Made by a program: the position numbers and the translations under genes. Below the pieces are notes generated by a model. That model was not told the DNA's origin, did not search any database, and saw nothing but the letters and a program-made list of their open reading frames with translations. Positions 1-15,074 of a stretch of 64,000 bases of DNA are shown piece after piece (position 1 is the stretch's first letter; each line of letters begins with the position of its first letter). The stretch is taken from positions 20,177,443-20,241,442 of the forward strand of contig NC_068981.1 of NCBI RefSeq assembly GCF_001194135.2, written 5' to 3'. Source of the stretch: Octopus bimaculoides (lineage: Eukaryota).

Positions 1-782
1 TACAATGTGATCAACATTGGGGGTATTTTCATGACACCAGCCCTAGAGGGGCAGCTTCATCCACCATTCACCTGGAGAGGGAGCAGGGCAGATTCTGTCA
101 GCACAAGTACAGCCAGTGAGGTGCCTTGTACACAGCACATATGCAGAGTACTCACTAACCTAATATATGTAGACCAAGGAGGATAGGAGAGAGAATATAA
201 TGTTAGCAGAAAGACCAGACATGGACAGTTGAGAGGGAAGATAGGAGTGTAAGTGTTGAGAGTATTAGCATATTTGTTCAAGTGATCTAGAATTGGTGAG
301 AGAGTAATGAGTAATGACATTAGAAGAACCAGAATGGGCGAGGGTGGAGGGAGGAAGCAAGGGTATGATCAGAAAACAATAGGGATATTTGGAAGTGTGG
401 AGTAATTGGCAATAGCAGAGTTGAACAAAAGTAAGGGTTGGTGATGAGACAAAGGCAATGAATTTTTATTTAGTACCAACAATTTTGTTGCACAAACTGT
501 AACCAGGTGTATGTTCATGTGAAAGTAAAATAAGAGGAATGGACTTATAGGTGCAATTGGGTAGTAGCAGAGTGAGAATAAAAGAGTAGACACTCATTGA
601 AAGGAGAGAGTATGAAGGTAAATGGTTAGTATCAGGAATTACAGACAAAAGTAGAAAGGTAACCAAATGGGGACTAGTCAAATATGATACCTACCCAATG
701 TATCATTCAGTTGAGTTTGCAGATATTCCAGTACTGAAGGTAAAGTTATTTCCTTCCAGCACCACACACACACACACACACA

Positions 783-832
<50 letters not shown>

Positions 833-1089
833 NNNNNNNNNNNNNNNNNNNNNNNNNNNNNNNNNNNNNNNNNNNNNNNNNNNNNNNNNNNNNNNNNNNN
901 NNNNNNNNNNNNNNNNNNNNNNNNNNNNNNNNNNNNNNNNNNNNNNNNNNNNNNNNNNNNNNNNNNNNNNNNNNNNNNNNNNNNNNNNNNNNNNNNNNNN
1001 NNNNNNNNNNNNNNNNNNNNNNNNNNNNNNNNNNNNNNNNNNNNNNNNNNNNNNNNNNNNNNNNNNNNNNNNNNNNNNNNNNNNNNNNN
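833..1089. other. Assembly gap (others: 2118-2997, 4815-4824, 8402-8608, 24803-24812, 29661-29683, 37851-~38245, 58025-58034)
   Basis: N runs, mostly next to microsatellites; distances spanning them are estimates. Confidence 0.98.
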
Positions 1090-1659
1090 ATATAATTTTC
1101 TACCTTGTTATATAGATATCATTTCTCATTTTCTTGCTTTTTTTGACTCCCATTGCCTATTTTTCTCTCACACTATCTTTTCACTTCTTATTCAGTTTAA
1201 TTCTTCCTCTCTTCCTCCCCATCTCTCTCTCTCTGTCCCACCTCCCTCTTTCTCCCTCTTCCATCTTCTCCTATCTACATTCCTCAACTCCCACTTCTAT
1301 TTTACCTAAGTATCAGTATGACATGATTAAAGTATCAGAAAATCCAATTCTAAATACTCTTTAACCATTCTCTATATTCTTGATTCCTTCCTTAATCTTT
1401 AATCCACTGTTAATCCTATTCTATCCCACTTTCATCCTTTTTCTATATTTCACATCTTTTGACATCCAAACCTGTTTCTCAAATAAATCCACATTTAAAG
1501 ATATTTGTTCTTATAAACTCTATTGCTGTTACATTAAAAAGTTCCTACACTAACCATGCAAGTAGATGCATGCATACACACACATGTATATGTGCATGTG
1601 TATATATGTCTGTGTATGTAAATATATGTATGTGTGGGTATATATATCTATATATATAT

Positions 1660-1815
1660 GTGGTTGGCGTTAGGAAGGGCATCCAGCTGTAGAAACTCTG
1701 CCAAATCAGACTGGAGCCTGGTGTTGCCATCCGGTTTCACCAGTCCTCAGTCAAATCGTCCAACCCATGCTAGCATGGAAAGCGGACGTTAAACGATGAT
1801 GATGATGATGATGAT
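1660..1815 (+). mobile_element. RTE LINE 3' terminal fragment with (GAT)n tail
   Basis: Near-identical to 45137-45298. Confidence 0.85.
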
Positions 1816-1884
1816 ATATATATGCACACATGTATACACATATATGTGTGTGTCTATATATGCTTGTGTGTGTGTGTGCATGTA

Positions 1885-2076
1885 TTCTTTTCTTTTATTT
1901 GTTTTAGTCATTTGACTGCAGCCATGCTGGCGCACCAACTTTAGTGAAACAAATTGACCCCAAGACTTATTCTTTGTAAGTCCAGTACATATTCTATTGG
2001 TCTTTTTTGCCAAACTGCTAGGTTACGGGAACATAAACGCACCAACATCGGTTGTCAAGTGACTGTAGGGGTACAA

Positions 2077-2117
<41 letters not shown>

Positions 2118-3011
2118 NNNNNNNNNNNNNNNNNNNNNNNNNNNNNNNNNNNNNNNNNNNNNNNNNNNNNNNNNNNNNNNNNNNNNNNNNNNNNNNNNNN
2201 NNNNNNNNNNNNNNNNNNNNNNNNNNNNNNNNNNNNNNNNNNNNNNNNNNNNNNNNNNNNNNNNNNNNNNNNNNNNNNNNNNNNNNNNNNNNNNNNNNNN
2301 NNNNNNNNNNNNNNNNNNNNNNNNNNNNNNNNNNNNNNNNNNNNNNNNNNNNNNNNNNNNNNNNNNNNNNNNNNNNNNNNNNNNNNNNNNNNNNNNNNNN
2401 NNNNNNNNNNNNNNNNNNNNNNNNNNNNNNNNNNNNNNNNNNNNNNNNNNNNNNNNNNNNNNNNNNNNNNNNNNNNNNNNNNNNNNNNNNNNNNNNNNNN
2501 NNNNNNNNNNNNNNNNNNNNNNNNNNNNNNNNNNNNNNNNNNNNNNNNNNNNNNNNNNNNNNNNNNNNNNNNNNNNNNNNNNNNNNNNNNNNNNNNNNNN
2601 NNNNNNNNNNNNNNNNNNNNNNNNNNNNNNNNNNNNNNNNNNNNNNNNNNNNNNNNNNNNNNNNNNNNNNNNNNNNNNNNNNNNNNNNNNNNNNNNNNNN
2701 NNNNNNNNNNNNNNNNNNNNNNNNNNNNNNNNNNNNNNNNNNNNNNNNNNNNNNNNNNNNNNNNNNNNNNNNNNNNNNNNNNNNNNNNNNNNNNNNNNNN
2801 NNNNNNNNNNNNNNNNNNNNNNNNNNNNNNNNNNNNNNNNNNNNNNNNNNNNNNNNNNNNNNNNNNNNNNNNNNNNNNNNNNNNNNNNNNNNNNNNNNNN
2901 NNNNNNNNNNNNNNNNNNNNNNNNNNNNNNNNNNNNNNNNNNNNNNNNNNNNNNNNNNNNNNNNNNNNNNNNNNNNNNNNNNNNNNNNNNNNNNNNNGAT
3001 GATGATGATGA

Positions 3012-3049
<38 letters not shown>

Positions 3050-3199
3050 GGTTTCTTTCAGTTTCCATCTACCAAATCCACTCACAAGGCTTTGGTTAGC
3101 CCGAGGCTATAGTAGAAGACACTTGCCCAAGATGACACGTAGTGGGACTGAACCTGGAACAATGTGGTAGGTAAGCAAGCTACTTACCACACAGCCACT
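1885..3199 (-). mobile_element. tRNA-derived SINE (family A; central microsatellite), interrupted by an 880-N gap
   Basis: 3' half (cttttatttgttttagtcatttgactgc...) and 5' half (...ccaaatccactcacaagg...accacacagcc) flank the gap; same family as 14805, 21925, 34612, 49018. The two halves may belong to different copies. Confidence 0.75.
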
Positions 3200-4109
3200 G
3201 GACTCACCCATTAAAGACAACCTGCACAAATGATTTATTGATGGTGATCAAACATTTGTGTTATACGTTAGCCCACTCTCTCCATCAAATTGATGTTGTC
3301 TGAATAGGTGCATTGCATACTACATGTCAGGTGTCAAAGTGATCGATGAAGTGTTTTGTTCAAGAATACAACACAGGGAATTAAAATCATGATGACTAGT
3401 TCATGAGTGCAACACCCTTACCACTAAGCCATGCACCCAAACATATATATATATATTGTAAAATTTCATTTATTATAATTGAGTTTGAAAACAGGCAAAT
3501 CTAAAGAATACAAATTAATTTAATAATTAATTAACATATTCACCTACAATTGTTTCATTTCTCAACCAAAATTAAAACTACAAAACATATATAAATATAT
3601 AATTTTGCATTTCAAAATAGCTTGGATGGAAAATCATCAGGATGCACAAAGGACTATACAAGGATTGCATTATGATCTGTTGGAATATTCGGAATATATA
3701 TAGCCTTGTTTATTATGTGTGTATGTATATGTGTGTGACACACACAGACACATGCATGCATGCATCCATCCATCCATCCATCCATACATACATACATACA
3801 TTCCTACATTCATACATACATACATACATACATACATACATACATACATACATACATGATGGTGAATATAATAGAAACACTAAAACAGCAGCAGAAACAA
3901 GTCAAACCCTATTCTACAGCAAAACTGATGCAATATATTAACATGATTCAATGTGCTAAAAACACAATGCTGACTGCACCTCTGGAACATTGAGTTGCAC
4001 TTGGTGCTGCAGTTGAAATTTGCATGAATCTAAATAATAATAATTAACAACTAATAATAATAAAAATAATGAAGTAGATGATGATAATAATAATGACATT
4101 ATTATTATG

Positions 4110-4148
<39 letters not shown>

Positions 4149-4318
4149 AACAACAATTGTTATAATACTTGTACTAGTATTATTACAGACATTTATTTCT
4201 TATTAATATGTATATAACTTTTACATTAAAAACACTACTCTAATGATAAAAATGTTTGTGTAAAGTGTTTTTCTATGTTCCTACAACTCATTAATATCTG
4301 AATACTATTATATTATAG

Positions 4319-4395
4319 CTGTCAGCTTGAGCCAAATGACCCACCTCTGTATATCATCTTAATGAAAGTAATTAGTCCCAGATGGGATAATTATA
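4319..4395 (+). CDS. Candidate further-upstream exon (terminal EGF Cys plus first propeller strand)
   Basis: tattatag| ... TATA|gtaagt; 77 bp, phase 2 to phase 1 (fits 10398); open frame CQLEPNDPPLYIILMKVISPRWDNY, i.e. Cys + short linker + hydrophobic strand as after the EGF module of LDLR-family proteins. Acceptor is AT-rich and weak; could be chance. Confidence 0.35.
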
Positions 4396-4579
4396 GTAAG
4401 TTTAATAATTGACTAAGAACAACACCTATTTTTTTTTATTGAAAAAAGGCTTATATTTATGGAATTGATTGTGATTAGGGTAACCATACTTTTTATTATG
4501 CAGTCAGGACAGGTGAAGATCTCAATTCACACTCTCAAAAACATATTTATTATATAATATATGATATGAATGTAATATG

Positions 4580-4752
4580 CACAGCCATCTTAGCAATACT
4601 ATAGGCCTTCAGGCAATTCAGTGCACTGGGCCCTGTAGTATTTATGTATTGACAACATGCCACAGCATACATAGATCTGAATTGGGCCCTTAGACCCACC
4701 CATAAGGCCCCAAGGCAATTGCTCAGTGTCCCCAAGACCTAAAATGGCACTG
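4580..4752. mobile_element. Possible decayed MITE with GGGCCC-rich subterminal motifs
   Basis: cacagccatctta versus taaaatggcactg (10/13 inverted match); GC-rich island in AT-rich background. Confidence 0.35.
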
Positions 4753-6089
4753 GTGATATATATATATATATATATATATACACCTGTTTTTCTTTCTTGT
4801 ACCTCTTTCTCCCCNNNNNNNNNNTTTCTGCCTCTCTGTTTCTCTGTTTCACTCTAACCTTTCATCATCTGACACAAGATTCCCTCCTCCAATGCCTCCT
4901 CACTTCTCAAAATTCCTTGTCTTGGAAGTTTACTTGGTGACCTTGGTGACATCCAGTCCACAATGTAAAATGTCTGATATCTGAAAGGGCATCCAGCTGT
5001 AAAAATCAGTCTACTCTGTAGAGTGGTTGGTGCTAGGAAGTGCATCCAGTCATAAAATCCATGCCAAAACAGACACAGAAGTTTGGTACAGTCTTCTGCC
5101 TGGCCAACTCTTGTCAAGCCATCCAACCCAAGCCAGCATCATGATGATGATGATGATTCATTCATAAATAGATGTAATATGTGTATGTGTGTGTTATAGA
5201 CATATCTACATACACACTCATACATCATATGGCATTGGGAAGATGATGGTAGTTATGGTTGTAGTGGTGATGATAAAGATGATGAGTATTGTAGTTAGAC
5301 TAAATAGCATTGCTTTTTGAGCCCATAAAGTGTTCCTTGTCATCTCTTAATGGATAACAGTCCTGCCTGAAGTGTAAAAACCATTACATACTCCAACAGA
5401 GAGAAGATAGAACATTCTCTTTACTTTAAGCAGAGCAACAAAGCCAAAATTCATATTGTGTTGGGTGAGAAGCCTAATTCTTAGCTGTTGTCAAAGCTAG
5501 TTCTGATAATATCATTTCTTTAACAGGATACAAACAGTAGAAATTTACATGGAAATGACTAAAAAGAAAGTAACAACAGATTCCTATAAAAATTACAATA
5601 AGAAAAGATCCTCATTAGCACCGAGAACCAATTAAGAATCCCATACGTCCAGAATTACCCTAACCACTAAGGTCAGGTGCCTTGTCCATGTTGTATTATG
5701 CAGCCTAGAGGTACATGTTGAGAATAGGTTCAATCACTCAAGTTATGCTCAAAACCTTCACTTGTCTTTTAACAAATGTACTGGAGAATAACACCTCTCT
5801 CTCTCTGTCTTTATCTCTTTTCTCAAGTGGAATTTCTAATAAACAATAAGAGCTGGACCAATGAGGAAAGTGTTGTCTTCAGTCCTTTCAGATGTGTTAA
5901 CCACACAGCCTATTTCTCCATAACTACTAGACAAAGAAAACTACCTGTCCTTCAAGATCAAAGAAAATGAGAGAGTGATTTTTTCACAACAGACTCAGCA
6001 GACAACTGGATTCATTGAGCACATGACAACAACTGTTCAACAAAACTCAATAAGTCAATACAGACTCTGTGTACACAGTATACACAGAA

Positions 6090-7545
6090 TGTTTTCATTA
6101 CCCTGTATGCCAAACTGATCTAGCTGATAGTATTTCTTTGTCTGTAGAATTTGTCTTAAACCAGTAGTACCTCTTCACTGCTGCTGCATTTCTTGGATTG
6201 AATTTTCTGCAAGTTACCCATAGTCTCCAGGCTAAAAAGTCCTCCAGAACAGGTGATTCTTGTCAGTGTCCAGAGTTTCCTCATGAATGTTGCCATTCTT
6301 CCATATCATTAATCTTTTGTAGAATACCAAAATATAAGTTCCACAGGCTACATTGCCAGACTGGTAGATGACTGTGATCACTTTAAACATTGTGGATGTT
6401 AGGCACCTAATCTTGGTTTTCACAGATTCAGTTTTGAGAATGTGGTCATTAGCATGCTGAAGTTCCTACTGTGAACCAATTTTAAACTGTTCTCATAAGG
6501 TATGGAGAACAATAACAACCAGAATGGAGACAAGAAACAAGCATTGAGGAGGCCCTTTTGATATAAATTTTTCACTGCACTCATTGTTAACTCTCACATT
6601 GCCAATGGTATCTCTACATCTACACAGTTTTCTAAGTGACCACCAGACTACAGAATAGGGGACCCTGTCAAAGACCACTAGGTTAATGACTACTGGATGT
6701 ACTGGTTTTGCTCTTAACTAAGAGTTTGTGTAAGTGCCTCACTAACTTGTTTTAGCATAAATCTGAACTACATGTCATCTTAGCTAATTCCCTTCTTAAT
6801 CAGTTGTGCTATAACTCTTTTTGATATTTTTATAATTTGGTCTGTCAGTTTGATTCCTCTATGCCAGTCAGTGGGAATGGCACCTGTCTATACTACCCAG
6901 TTGACTATGAGTGGCTTGTGCATGTTCTACTTTGCTAGATATTTTCAGCTTCTCGTCAGTGACCATCCCTAAAGACCAAACTGCTTACCTTTCCTTCATA
7001 ATCTTGATCTTGCTTTTGATCATAGAGCTGTTAAGTACAATAGATGGTCCTCTTGTTGGTTCTACATATGCTAGTTGCTCTCTCTCTTCATGCACTTTAT
7101 GCCTCTTCAGTAAATATTCATAATGACATTTTCTCAATTCATCTTCTCAGAGCAAGTGAGAGCAAGTGTACTGCTTTCATTCAGTACAAACTTTTCCCTA
7201 ATGTTCTGCTTCATGCTGACGCACTGCTTTGCAATGTACAACACATCACACCTCTAATCCTCTCTCCACAAAATAATAGCAAACCTCTTACTTTCAACTA
7301 CTTTTCTTGCTAAGTATACTTGACATCTAGCCTAGATTCTAGCTACCTGATATTGTTACTTGCTCTGCACTTCCTTCCATTCTCTCCAGGCCTGTCTTTT
7401 AGCTTTTATGACTCTTTAATACTACTCCACCAATTTGTCACTTTTGATCTAGCTGGAACCTTATTCCATCTACACATCTGATCTATGGATCATAATAGGT
7501 TGACTCATAGAAACTCCCACTTGTCTTGTGTGGTTTTATAAGTCT
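6090..7545 (-). mobile_element. Decayed RTE-clade LINE reverse transcriptase relic
   Basis: Minus-strand FDRVPYSVVWWSLRKL...VRVNNECSEKF and WWSS..KES.KAKRQAW-like segments; many stops and frameshifts; ends approximate. Confidence 0.7.
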
Positions 7546-7879
7546 CTGTCTCCTCCTCCTTCTCATTGTGTGCTGACCACTTGCACTTCCTTGAACCTAC
7601 ATCAGGCAGCAAGCTCTTTCAACTTCATATATCTGTGTATGTATTTACACATATATGTATATGTGTGTGTGTATATATCTATGTATTTATATGTGTCTGT
7701 GTGTCTATGTATATATACACATGTAATACACTCACATATAAAGTGTATATGCATCCACACACATATATGAAATATACACATAGTCATACATATATATCAG
7801 AGCATGTGTCTATTTATCTATTCTCATACAAAATGCGTGTGTGTGTACACATTTATATAGACTTGTATGAGAATCGATA

Positions 7880-9180
<1,301 letters not shown>

Positions 9181-9307
9181 CGGATATAGGTATACATGAT
9201 GTGTGTGCTATTTTCTTTTATGACAGTTATTTTGAGCTATATTTCTCATATTTTCTGTGGATGGCAGCTACAGACTGTCAATACTGGTGATTGAACCTCT
9301 GATTCCT

Positions 9308-9345
<38 letters not shown>

Positions 9346-9512
9346 CTGACAAGCAGTGCCTGAGTATGAAGAAGAGTCTGATATGACTCATCATTATCAA
9401 GTAGTAATGTGATGGAATGTGGGATGGCGGAAGGGTAGGATGTGTGCTGGCTGTCCAATACTCTGCCACTGGGGAAGAAATGACTATATTCCTGATCACA
9501 TCTGACAGATAT

Positions 9513-9531
9513 ACCACTACTACTACTACTT

Positions 9532-9565
<34 letters not shown>

Positions 9566-9576
9566 AAATACTACTA

Positions 9577-9611
<35 letters not shown>

Positions 9612-9850
9612 ACTACTACTACCATTATTACTACTGCAACTATTACTACTGCTACCACCACTGCAACTGTTGACTTTACTGCTGCTACTGTTACTATTAC
9701 AACTGTTGCTGCTACTACTACTGCTACTATTACTACTAATTTAGCAACTTTTACTGCTATTGTTGCTTCTACCATTTCAGCTACTACTACTACCACCACC
9801 ACCACTATCACCACCACTACTACCACCACCACCACTACTACTATTACTAC
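9513..9850. repeat. Compound trinucleotide microsatellite (CTA/CTG/CCA)n
   Basis: Direct reading; produces the poly-Thr and poly-Val ORFs in the track. Confidence 0.9.
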
Positions 9851-10397
9851 AATCATATTAGCTTCTTTCAACATTGTCATGCATTTATTTTTTTTATCAA
9901 TAGCTTCCTGATATTTTCTTTTTTCTTTTCTTTTCTATTTTGATACCTTGTATATTTTGTAACTTCTGAAAATGGCATTATAATCCTTCATTTATTGTAA
10001 ATAATTGTTAAAAGAAACTTCAGTTGAGCAAATCATCATTAGATTGATTTTTACAAATCTGATTCACTACTTGTCAACCCTTCACCAAACAGCAGCCTTG
10101 GGGCCCCATCAAAAGTTAAAGAAAAAAATCCCCTAAAAATTAAAAACTTCAATTTCACAACACTTGCCAACCACAAAAGTCTTATATGTAGTTGTATTTT
10201 ATCTTATTTTATTCACTTAAAGCATTTCATAATTTTAAGACTAATGGTGGAAGCAGTTTTCCTTGAAGTAGCTAAAGAGCTTGTTGTTTCTGTATAGAAC
10301 AAAAACTGTTTTATCTCAACATATCATACTTAAACTTACTGACATTTCCCTCTCTGTTTCATTTTACTTGGACCTTTGCTTTTCCGTCATTTTCAAG

Positions 10398-10468
10398 CTG
10401 GCATTGAAATTAGTGCTCAGGAATATCAGATTAACATTTCTTTCTCAGCTCTTATTGAACTCAGTAAC
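10398..10468 (+). CDS. Candidate upstream exon of the same YWTD-propeller gene
   Basis: Acceptor ctttgcttttccgtcattttcaag| and donor AAC|gtaagt; 71 bp, phase 1 to phase 0 (fits the phase-0 start at 52510); open frame xGIEISAQEYQINISFSALIELSN, whose SFSALI-x(n)-RIVGLASD join resembles the EYTSLI-x(n)-NVVALD segment of LDLR-type propellers. Homology judged by eye only. Confidence 0.5.
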
Positions 10469-12848
10469 GTAAGTGAAGGTCATTGAAAAATATATCTTGC
10501 ATAGTTTCCCCTGGATGCCTTTTGTATCAGACATTGTCCAAAATTATATCAAAGTTGGGTTCTGATATAATGTCAGACACTTTATTACAATATAAAAACA
10601 TCTACCAATTTTGAGCAATATTGTTAGTGTAAAATTGTTAATACCAAATTCCATTTCCCTGCTCTGCATTCAAAGACAGAAAAGTGGTTGATACAGTAAT
10701 TAGATAATCGCTCCAATCTACCAGAGCCCCAACATCATAATCTCTGTAGTCATAAATATATTTTAGTGTCTATTTTGATATATTGGCATGACTCAACTGA
10801 GCCTATTAAATGGTTTCTTCCCAGCTTTCCCTAGCTTACTGTATATTTTCTGTTTAGCTCTAACTTATTATTTTCTCTCTTCCATTTTACTATCTACTTC
10901 CATTTTATGACTTCTTTTCTCTTACTTTGTAACTTGGGGGTAAATAATAATTGATTTCTATTTTCCCCAAGCGGCATCTGATGCCCACTCTAGCCTTAAA
11001 ATTAGATACATGTAACCAATCCATATCCTCCTAGCCATCCCATATCTATTTAATGTATCTTTATCCTTGTTATCCATTTTCCACTACCATATACCATATA
11101 GTATAAAATATATTGTATTGAGAGAGAATTATTTGGCATTAAAAAAAAGCAAAAACAAAGAATTTCTCATCATGAGTTGTAACCACACTTAGCAAAGTCT
11201 ATCCTAGTCCTGTTTGTAAAGTAAACTCTAGTTAGATTACATAATTGTTAAATTGTATGTTAAATAAGTGGTTACATTTAACTAAACTAGCAAGAAAACT
11301 AAAAAAAAAATAATAATTTATTAGGATTCTAGCAAGGCATCTTACGAAAAATTCTGGATATAAACTCACCGAAAATGTTTCCTCTCTATTTTTTAGTGTA
11401 GAGAACCCTTAAAAAGCTAACCATTACCACCGCTGCATAAGCCATAGAAAATGCAATAGATCTTATTGCAGAAATATAAAAATTAAATTAGAAATATTTT
11501 ATGAAAACATCACTGAAGAAAATTTTTGAATGTAATATGATACATTATTGTCATAAAAATGGTTTTGGTTTTTAGAATAATATTTTTATTGTGACATCTC
11601 TTCAAATTTGAACGCTTTTTTGGTTTTTCTTCCTGTACACATTTTTATGTCCATCAACATTTCTTCACATTTTCATATTTTATAATCCATCATTTCACAT
11701 CTTTTCAGTTATTTTTAACTTCACAAAATTTTACATTTTCACGGCTTTCTCTCGTTTCTTTCAACAAATTTTTCAAAAAGCCACAATATTTGATGCTTAA
11801 TATATATTTTGATTTTTAGCTTTTACACAGTTTTCAAAACATTCAACCAAAGAAAAAAAAAAAAAGCTTTATTCATTTTTACTTTTTATAAGCTATTCGT
11901 CAATGTTTTAATTTAAAATATAAAGAGGGAATATTCAAAGTTTAACTTTTATCCCTATATCTATGAAATATTGCTGAGAGAGTCAGTTAATCTGCTGAAT
12001 GTTAAACATATCATTCCTTTGACACCCATATAGTATCATTCAGTTGAAAGCAAGTCCAGTCAATATATTTCAGCTAAATATACTGCACCTTCTCTAACCA
12101 GGCCCACTTGTCCCACCTGTCTCTCTTCCCCCTAGCATCCTTAGTGTACCTCATATCTCAGATCCTGTAGTAAATACTTCACCCAGTCCTCCTTCCCCTG
12201 TGTTTATTCCTTTCTATACTGTTCCTACTCTGCCCATATTTTCCCTGCCAGCATCATCCTATGAATATTTGAGCTGAATATCAACTTCATCATTCACACT
12301 AATTTACAGATAGACCTTTAAGGTCCATGGTCACAGTCTTTCCATCCCAGGGCTAACTTGTTGAGTGAGGAAGAGAGAGAGAGAGAGAGAGAATCAAATG
12401 GGTTAGTCAAGTTGATTTGGACCTTAATTTAGAGTAAGATACACAATTGTGCAGCAATACGGCCACTACTGAATGTATGGAGATTCAATGTTGTTGTTTA
12501 GCCCCAAACAGACCTGTAATTCAAAAGCAATCCTGCTGTGACCATCCCACCTTTTTCGTATGTGCTGGGAACCCATGATCACATTATCTAATGTATCCCT
12601 TTCTAAGATGGTAGGTTTGAATGAGATATGACTACTGGTTTTAGCAAATTAAATGAACAGTAGAAGCTTCTTCATTAATTTGAGATCTTTTTGATTGATT
12701 AATAGCAATGCATGGTAGAATTGGCAGTGCTCTGGATGAAATGACTTGCAGTATTTAGTTCCATCCTTTTACCATCTATATTCAAATCCTGGAACTAACT
12801 TTACCTTCTGTTCTTCCAGAATAAAGATCAGTCAACTACTTAAATTGG

Positions 12849-13009
12849 GACATCTCTTCAAATTTGAACACTTTTTTGGTTTTCTTCCTGTACAACATTT
12901 CTTCACATTTTCATATTTTATAATCCATCATTTCACATCTTTTCAGTTATTTTTAACTTCACAAAATCTTCCATTTTCATGACTTTCTCTCATTTCTTTC
13001 AACAAATTT
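12849..13009 (+). repeat. Local duplicate of 11593-11771
   Basis: Colinear ~90% identical copy lacking one 17-bp segment. Confidence 0.9.
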
Positions 13010-13146
13010 ACCATCTGTATTCAAATCCTGGAATTAACATTACCTTCTGTTCTTCCAGTCTGAAGCCTGTGGCCTTGTTTCTGTATTATTAGAAATCATT
13101 ATTTTTATTACTTAAGATTGTTTATAAAGTTTTTTTCTTATATGTA

Positions 13147-14032
13147 CAGGGTGTTCTGGCTAAATATGACTGTTTGCATAAAAGGAAAAGAAAGCACAAT
13201 GTTCCATCCAAAAATAATAAAAGTATTTTTAAAAATCAAAAAATTCAACTAGATTATAATTGAAAGATAGCAGTTTATTCAAAGTAGCTACCCTCAGCTT
13301 CCACCACAGTCTCAAGACAGCTCCAGAACCTGGCACCTGCATTCCTCACCATGTCACTGGAAAGATCTTTGAACACCTCCTTGATCTTGGTGTTACAGGC
13401 AGAGTGGTTGATGTCTTTCTAAGCCCCTCCCTACACATATTAATCCGTGGGATTACAATTAGAGGAATTACAATTGAGGTCAGAAATTGAGGTTGATGAA
13501 GTTGTAGAGATTCTCCAGCAACCACTTCTGACTCTTTCTAGATGTATGGCATGGAGCCAAATCCTGCTGCTGCTATACATATGATCTTCCAGCAACAACC
13601 TTCTCTAACCAGAGTTTGACCACAAACACCAGCAGTTTCACATAGCCATCTGAACTGAGCCTAAAACCTCTTTATCAGTTGTATGAATTCCAGTGTGTGG
13701 ATGCTGTCAGAATGCCTGCTGTAACTCTTCCTGCTGGCCATGGCTTCGTAGTCTCTGTTGCAGCTATCTGTATCATGTCTTACAGTTTTTACAGTGTTCA
13801 CAGAGCATTGAGCAGCAATCATGATGTCAACAGTTTGATAAATGGTGCAACTCATCATGATGCGAGTAACACTTTTCCAATATTCACATGGCTTCAAGTC
13901 TTCCATGTTAACTAATTTTTTCTAAATTACAGCTTTAATCATTATGCTCTGTTGACTGTTCACCAATACATCAAGCTGTTCCTGAAAAAAAAGGAGATAT
14001 AAAAGACCATCAAATTTAGCCCGAGTACCATA
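13147..14032 (-). mobile_element. Internally deleted Tc1/mariner transposon, DD37D (maT-like) type
   Basis: TA at 13145-46 and 14033-34; imperfect TIRs (16/21 match including the TA); minus-strand decayed transposase pieces SVNTVKTVRHD...SRK, YV*QQDLAPCHTSRKSQKWLLEN, NSSNCNPTD*YV, LETVVEAEGSYFE*; spacing between last two Asp about 37 allowing for indels. Confidence 0.85.
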
Positions 14033-14804
14033 TACATTGATATGCAAACATCTAAAGATATGCACACTGATGTCTCCTTAAGAGAGAGAATTCCAAGTAG
14101 CCACTAGACCTGCTCAAACTAGAAGCCAGTTTTTCTCATATCAAAGCCCTATTATCTTAAAAACAAACACAGTAGAAATTGTGATCTTCTATATCCTATA
14201 TCTAAACAGTAGTCCAGATTTTAATGGATAAAATATATTTAATAATAGGTTTGTTCAACAAAGGCTGGCCTGGAGCTAAACAACAACAAAAAAAAAACCC
14301 CCAGCAATACACACTTACACAACTTTAATCTAGAAACACCTGAATATACTTCATATTGGAGAGTGTCTATTTCTTTTCCCATGATGACTCAAATAGAGCA
14401 ACATTCCTAAATATAACAAAGGAAACCTTAGAAGAATTCCCCTTTGTTATAAGGGAAGTTTGTTACTATAAAGTAGTTTAGATAGTCACCAATCTGTAGC
14501 TAGAGACCTGTTTGCTCACCTGAAAACACTCTGTAGTTAAGGGACATTAAACAATTTAAACAGATGCACTAGGGTTCTCATTGAGGAGAAAGGTTAGAGA
14601 ATTTTTATTATCATATATAAAGTATTCTTGGATTAGAACCAATAAGTTTAGATATAGTGTTAGCTCTACCACAGCATGAATGTGCTAAATGAGACAGGGT
14701 ACTATATGTTACATGTATGAAACAAATGAGAGGGTTATATGTGGTTTTGTTTCTGCCTACCATAAACAACAGCCAAACCTCTCACAAGTTTACACCTTAC
14801 TCTC

Positions 14805-15027
14805 TGTACTCTTTTACTTGTTTCAGTCATTTGATTGTGGCCATGCTGGAGCACCACCTTTAGTCGAGCAAATCCACCCCAGGACTTTATTATTTGTAAG
14901 CCTAGTACTTATTCTATCGGTCTCTTTAGCCGAACCGCTAAGTTACGGGGACGTTAACACACCAGCATCAGTTGTCAAGCGATGTGGGGGGGGGGACAAA
15001 CACAGACACACAAACATACACACACAC

Positions 15028-15074
<47 letters not shown>

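Noticed and set aside
698-3099. Long ORFs 698-1309, 1954-3099, 2018-3085 etc. (also 8168-8830 and 37482-38529)
   Set aside because: They run through N gaps and microsatellites; not coding evidence.
5828-5970. Strong acceptor followed by an open frame (EFLINNKSWTNEE...)
   Set aside because: No suitable donor, no recognisable domain; the pyrimidine tract is a (CT)n microsatellite.
9278-9911. Poly-Thr (mucin-like) and poly-Val ORFs
   Set aside because: Trinucleotide microsatellite open on both strands; no credible splice donor.
14514-14528. Minus-strand tgttttcAG|GTgagc ratchet-like motif
   Set aside because: Antisense to the only supported gene; kept as an indication of background frequency.
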